DNA of 64,000 nt from an uncultured Pseudomonadota bacterium (GTDB lineage Bacteria; Oederibacteriota; Muellerivitia; Muellerivitales; Muellerivitaceae), in contig CAVYRH010000019.1 in NCBI GenBank assembly GCA_963770835.1, positions 160,001 to 224,000 on the forward strand, read 5' to 3'. Made by a program: the position numbers and the translations under genes. The notes under the pieces were generated by a model. It worked only from the letters and a program-made list of their open reading frames with translations. It did not search any database and was not told where the DNA came from. Shown piece after piece: positions 60,848-64,000 of this stretch (positions are counted from its first letter, which is position 1; each line of letters begins with the position of its first letter).

Positions 60848-61792
60848 CTAGGGGCCGAACTTTTCAACACGGTCGTTTCCCCAATCGGTCACGAAAACCT
60901 TTCCGGTTCCGTCCAACGCGATCCCGGCCGGGTCGTTGAACTGTCCTTTACCTTTGCCTGCTCCCCCCCATTGAGACAGGTAGGAGCCGGAGGAAGTGAA
61001 CATCTGGATACGGTTATTTCCTGAATCCACCACGAAAACCCTGCCCTGGCCGTCCACCGCCATGCCCTCCGGGGTATCGAACTCGCCTTTCCCTACGCCC
61101 GGCTTCCCCCATTTCCCCACAAAATTGCCAGTAGAGCCGAATTTTTCAACGCAGTTATGGTTGGTGTCGGAAACGTAGATATTTCCCTTCGAATCAACGG
61201 CCGTGCCGATGGGCATGGCCAATTGGCCGGGGCCCTCGCCCCCTTCTCCCGCCAGGGCCACAAAGCCCCCGTCGGGGGTGAACTTTTCCACCCGGTTGTT
61301 GCTGCAATCCGCCACCACCAACATCCCCTTGGAGTCCAGCGCTAGAAGGACGGGGTCAAAGAGCTGTCCCTTGCCATCGCCCCGTTCCCCCCATTGGGTC
61401 ACATAGTCACCGGAAGAAGTGTATTTTTTGATGCGGCTGTTGAGGGTGTCCGCCACATAGACATACCCCTGTTGGTCCACTGCCACACCGAGGGCGTGGT
61501 GGAGCTGGTCCCGGCCGCTCCCTTTGGTCCCCCATTGGTTCACATAGTTTCCGTTGGAATCGAAAACCTCGATGCGGTCATTGGCGCAATCCGCGACATA
61601 GACGTTTCCTTTCCCGTCTACGGCGATGCCGTAGGGGTTCCATAACTCGCCTTTTCCAGGGCCTGAACCGCCCCATTGGGCTAAAAAGGAAGGATGAGCC
61701 TCCGAAGGCCCGTCCCCCAGGGCGACCGAAACCGATGCCAAGGCGGCGAGGAACAGGCAGCCGGATATCGAAAAACTTGATTTCAAATCCAC
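60848..61792 (-). CDS. Secreted six-bladed NHL-repeat beta-propeller
   Basis: Signal peptide followed by six regular repeats of the type WG..G.G.GQ/EF..P.GIAVD..G.VYV.D..N.R(I/V)EKF. Confidence 0.92.
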   Translation of the reverse strand: MDLKSSFSISGCLFLAALASVSVALGDGPSEAHPSFLAQWGGSGPGKGELWNPYGIAVDGKGNVYVADCANDRIEVFDSNGNYVNQWGTKGSGRDQLHHALGVAVDQQGYVYVADTLNSRIKKYTSSGDYVTQWGERGDGKGQLFDPVLLALDSKGMLVVADCSNNRVEKFTPDGGFVALAGEGGEGPGQLAMPIGTAVDSKGNIYVSDTNHNCVEKFGSTGNFVGKWGKPGVGKGEFDTPEGMAVDGQGRVFVVDSGNNRIQMFTSSGSYLSQWGGAGKGKGQFNDPAGIALDGTGKVFVTDWGNDRVEKFGP

Positions 61793-61818
61793 CCTCCTGG
61801 GCTCAACCAGACCCTAGT

Positions 61819-63969
61819 TTAGCGAAGAGCCCCAAAAGTTTCGGCGGGAATGACTTCCCAATCACTTCCATCCGGTTTCTTCCAGACCAAATGCAAGGCG
61901 GCGTAGTATCCGCTGTCTTTTTCATACTCAAGGCGCAATGAATGTGATCCTTTGGAAAGGACCAGCGGTTTTTCCACCGCAACTCTCTTCCCGTCCAGCC
62001 AAAGTTGTGCCGAATCAGGGCCGAGGACGTTGAATTCATAGCCGCCCGGAACCTTTACTTCAAGGCGGCCCAACCAACGGGCCCGGTAGGGTGGGGGACC
62101 TTGAAATGGAAAATCTTCCCGGGACGCAAAATTAAGGAGGGGATCAAATCGCCGGGCAGTAGGCGGATCGGTCCAATGGGCTGATTGGATGTAGTTCCCT
62201 TCCAAGCCCCTGTTCCACCGGTTCACCTTACGGAGTTCCGAAAGCGGCACCAAGTCCAGGTAAAGCCCGATTTGGTTGTCGGGGTTCCTGAAAATCCCCG
62301 ATTGCCCGGCCGGGAAAAGGGCCCTTAAAAAAAGCCATGTGCCGGACTTGCCTTCCGCCAGGAAAACTGCCGAATCCTTGTCGCGCGGCATTTTTTCCTG
62401 GGCCCAATCGGAAGCCTCGAAAGGAACAATACGGTCATGGGCTTGGTAGCCCAAAAAAGCCACGGTTGGATTGTGCTGGAAAAAGGGATCAACAAAATAC
62501 CGGTACCGGCCGGGTGATTCTTTTTCCATCCGGTTGATTTCATTCCCGATAAAAGTTTGCTCCAACCCGGCGGCTTCCTGGCACCTCAGGTCCTTGGCTT
62601 CCAAACCGAAATAGGCCCATGAGTTTTGGATGACCACTGTGCAAAGAAAAACCGCACTTAAAGGCAAAAGAATCCACCTTTGGTTATTCAGCCTGGAAGC
62701 TGCGGCCTTCCACAAACCGACAGCCCCCACCGCCGCGAAATAAGCGACAAAAGGAAGGATCCCCGTATAGCGCTGGGAAGCCCACCACTCGGTAGTTAAA
62801 ATCCCGGGCAGGGCCATGACCGCCAGGCCGATGAGGGGATAGGCCCCTTGTCTTTCCTTGCACCATCGCCATGTCATTGCCAGGCCGATCCAGAACAGGA
62901 TTCCAGTGAAGTCGTCCAGCATCCGGTGGCCGGGCAGGTTGTGGAAGGGGTCCATGTCCCCCCGGCGGTTCAACATCAGGGCCGTCCCTGCGATTGAATG
63001 CAGGAGGGGTATTGGGCTCTTCTGGGCAAGCAGGGCCGGGAGGATGAAAACCTCCGATTCCCTCCTTCCAAAACTGTTTTGGGTCCAAATCAAGTGGAAC
63101 AGGGGCAATGCCATCACTAGCAAGAGAAGGCCCGATCCTAATAAAGCCCTTTGGTGATACTTTCGTTCTTGGGGGAAGCGGAAATATTCGAACAAGGCCA
63201 ACGCCAATAACAACAGCGGAAGGGCCTTCAAAGATTGATAGGCGTAAAGCCCGAGTCCGGCCACTAGCGCCGCGCTGGCCAAGTAAAGGGGTTTCCGGTT
63301 TTGGAACCCTACTAATAAAAACGTTGCCACTGCGAGCACGTAAAGGGGAGCCTCACAGCTGGGGTGGGGATTACGGGCCTCGATCCATTGCCACCGCATC
63401 ACTGCCATGAACAACAGGGCCGTCAGGGCCGTCGTGGAACCCGCCAGCTTCCGAAAAAAAAGATAGAGGAGAGGAAGTGCCACCAGGGACATCAGGAGGA
63501 AAAACAGATTAATCGAGAAGAGAGAGGCCCCGGCGATGGAAAACCAAGCGGCCAGTTGGTAAAAATCGGTCAGGAAGGGAGTTTGATACTGTAAGGCCTC
63601 TTCCAGTGGCCTCCAACCCTCATGCAATATCCGAAGGGCGCACCACCCCATCTCGCCCAGGTCCATGGAAAGCCCAGCCGGGAAAACATCGAGACGCCAG
63701 AAATGGGCGCCTGCGGCGAGGAGAAAAACAAGGGTGAAAATCGCCAGTTCCTTCTTTAAAGAAATGCCAGAATCGGACAAAGGGGCTGGTATTTGCCTGG
63801 ATTGCCAAAGAGCGGCCGCCGCCAAGAGCAGCCCTACCCAAAGGGTCCAGGGAACTTGGGATTGGGCCAAAAAAAATTGGCCGGCGGTGCCGAAGGCCGC
63901 GACGCTCAAAATCGATACCATTGAAACGGGTTGGGAAGGTCGCCTAGAGTGGGGATCGAAAAATTTCAC
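61819..63969 (-). CDS. GT-C membrane glycosyltransferase with PA14-like domain (paralogue of 35947-38994)
   Basis: FPAGLSMDLGEMGWCALRILHE, GLYAYQSLK and HNLPGHRMLDD motifs; RWLGRLEV..LWLDG..LSKGSHSLRLEY. Start uncertain. Confidence 0.85.
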   Translation of the reverse strand: MKFFDPHSRRPSQPVSMVSILSVAAFGTAGQFFLAQSQVPWTLWVGLLLAAAALWQSRQIPAPLSDSGISLKKELAIFTLVFLLAAGAHFWRLDVFPAGLSMDLGEMGWCALRILHEGWRPLEEALQYQTPFLTDFYQLAAWFSIAGASLFSINLFFLLMSLVALPLLYLFFRKLAGSTTALTALLFMAVMRWQWIEARNPHPSCEAPLYVLAVATFLLVGFQNRKPLYLASAALVAGLGLYAYQSLKALPLLLLALALFEYFRFPQERKYHQRALLGSGLLLLVMALPLFHLIWTQNSFGRRESEVFILPALLAQKSPIPLLHSIAGTALMLNRRGDMDPFHNLPGHRMLDDFTGILFWIGLAMTWRWCKERQGAYPLIGLAVMALPGILTTEWWASQRYTGILPFVAYFAAVGAVGLWKAAASRLNNQRWILLPLSAVFLCTVVIQNSWAYFGLEAKDLRCQEAAGLEQTFIGNEINRMEKESPGRYRYFVDPFFQHNPTVAFLGYQAHDRIVPFEASDWAQEKMPRDKDSAVFLAEGKSGTWLFLRALFPAGQSGIFRNPDNQIGLYLDLVPLSELRKVNRWNRGLEGNYIQSAHWTDPPTARRFDPLLNFASREDFPFQGPPPYRARWLGRLEVKVPGGYEFNVLGPDSAQLWLDGKRVAVEKPLVLSKGSHSLRLEYEKDSGYYAALHLVWKKPDGSDWEVIPAETFGALR

Positions 63970-64000
63970 CGGCGAATGACTCCTGTTAAACCCAAGTTGA

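Noticed and set aside
60848..61792. Periodic DNA pattern as a possible CRISPR or tandem array
   Set aside because: The periodicity is the protein-level NHL repeat; there are no identical DNA repeats with unique spacers and no cas genes.

Overview
Bacterial chromosomal window, probably from a diderm (it carries a GT9 heptosyltransferase-like gene and a partial beta-barrel-like gene); no taxon can be assigned from the sequence. About 0.2-19.5 kb holds carbohydrate uptake and housekeeping genes: a GH27 alpha-galactosidase, a xylFGH-type ABC operon interrupted by three unrelated genes (one a DUF559 nuclease between long inverted palindromic repeats), two tandem PilT ATPases, metK-ahcY, a CUT1 sugar ABC transporter and a GH3 beta-glucosidase. 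Genes between about 7.7 and 15.2 kb carry about 17 single-base indels that look like long-read consensus errors. About 19.5-64 kb is a large cell-surface glycosylation region. It has 4 polyprenyl-phosphate-type GT2 enzymes (one fused to an SDR epimerase/reductase), SMR/EamA-type and GtrA-type flippase candidates, and 7 GT-C-type polytopic membrane proteins (an eighth lies in the xyl operon), five with PA14-like C-termini. It also encodes NHL-propeller and NPCBM proteins, 8 class I SAM methyltransferases, RffA, WbqC, a PhyH dioxygenase and a split transketolase. Many of the membrane proteins begin with a Lys/Arg-rich leader. No rRNA, tRNA, CRISPR array or transposase was recognised. All family calls come from motif recognition by eye, not database searches.
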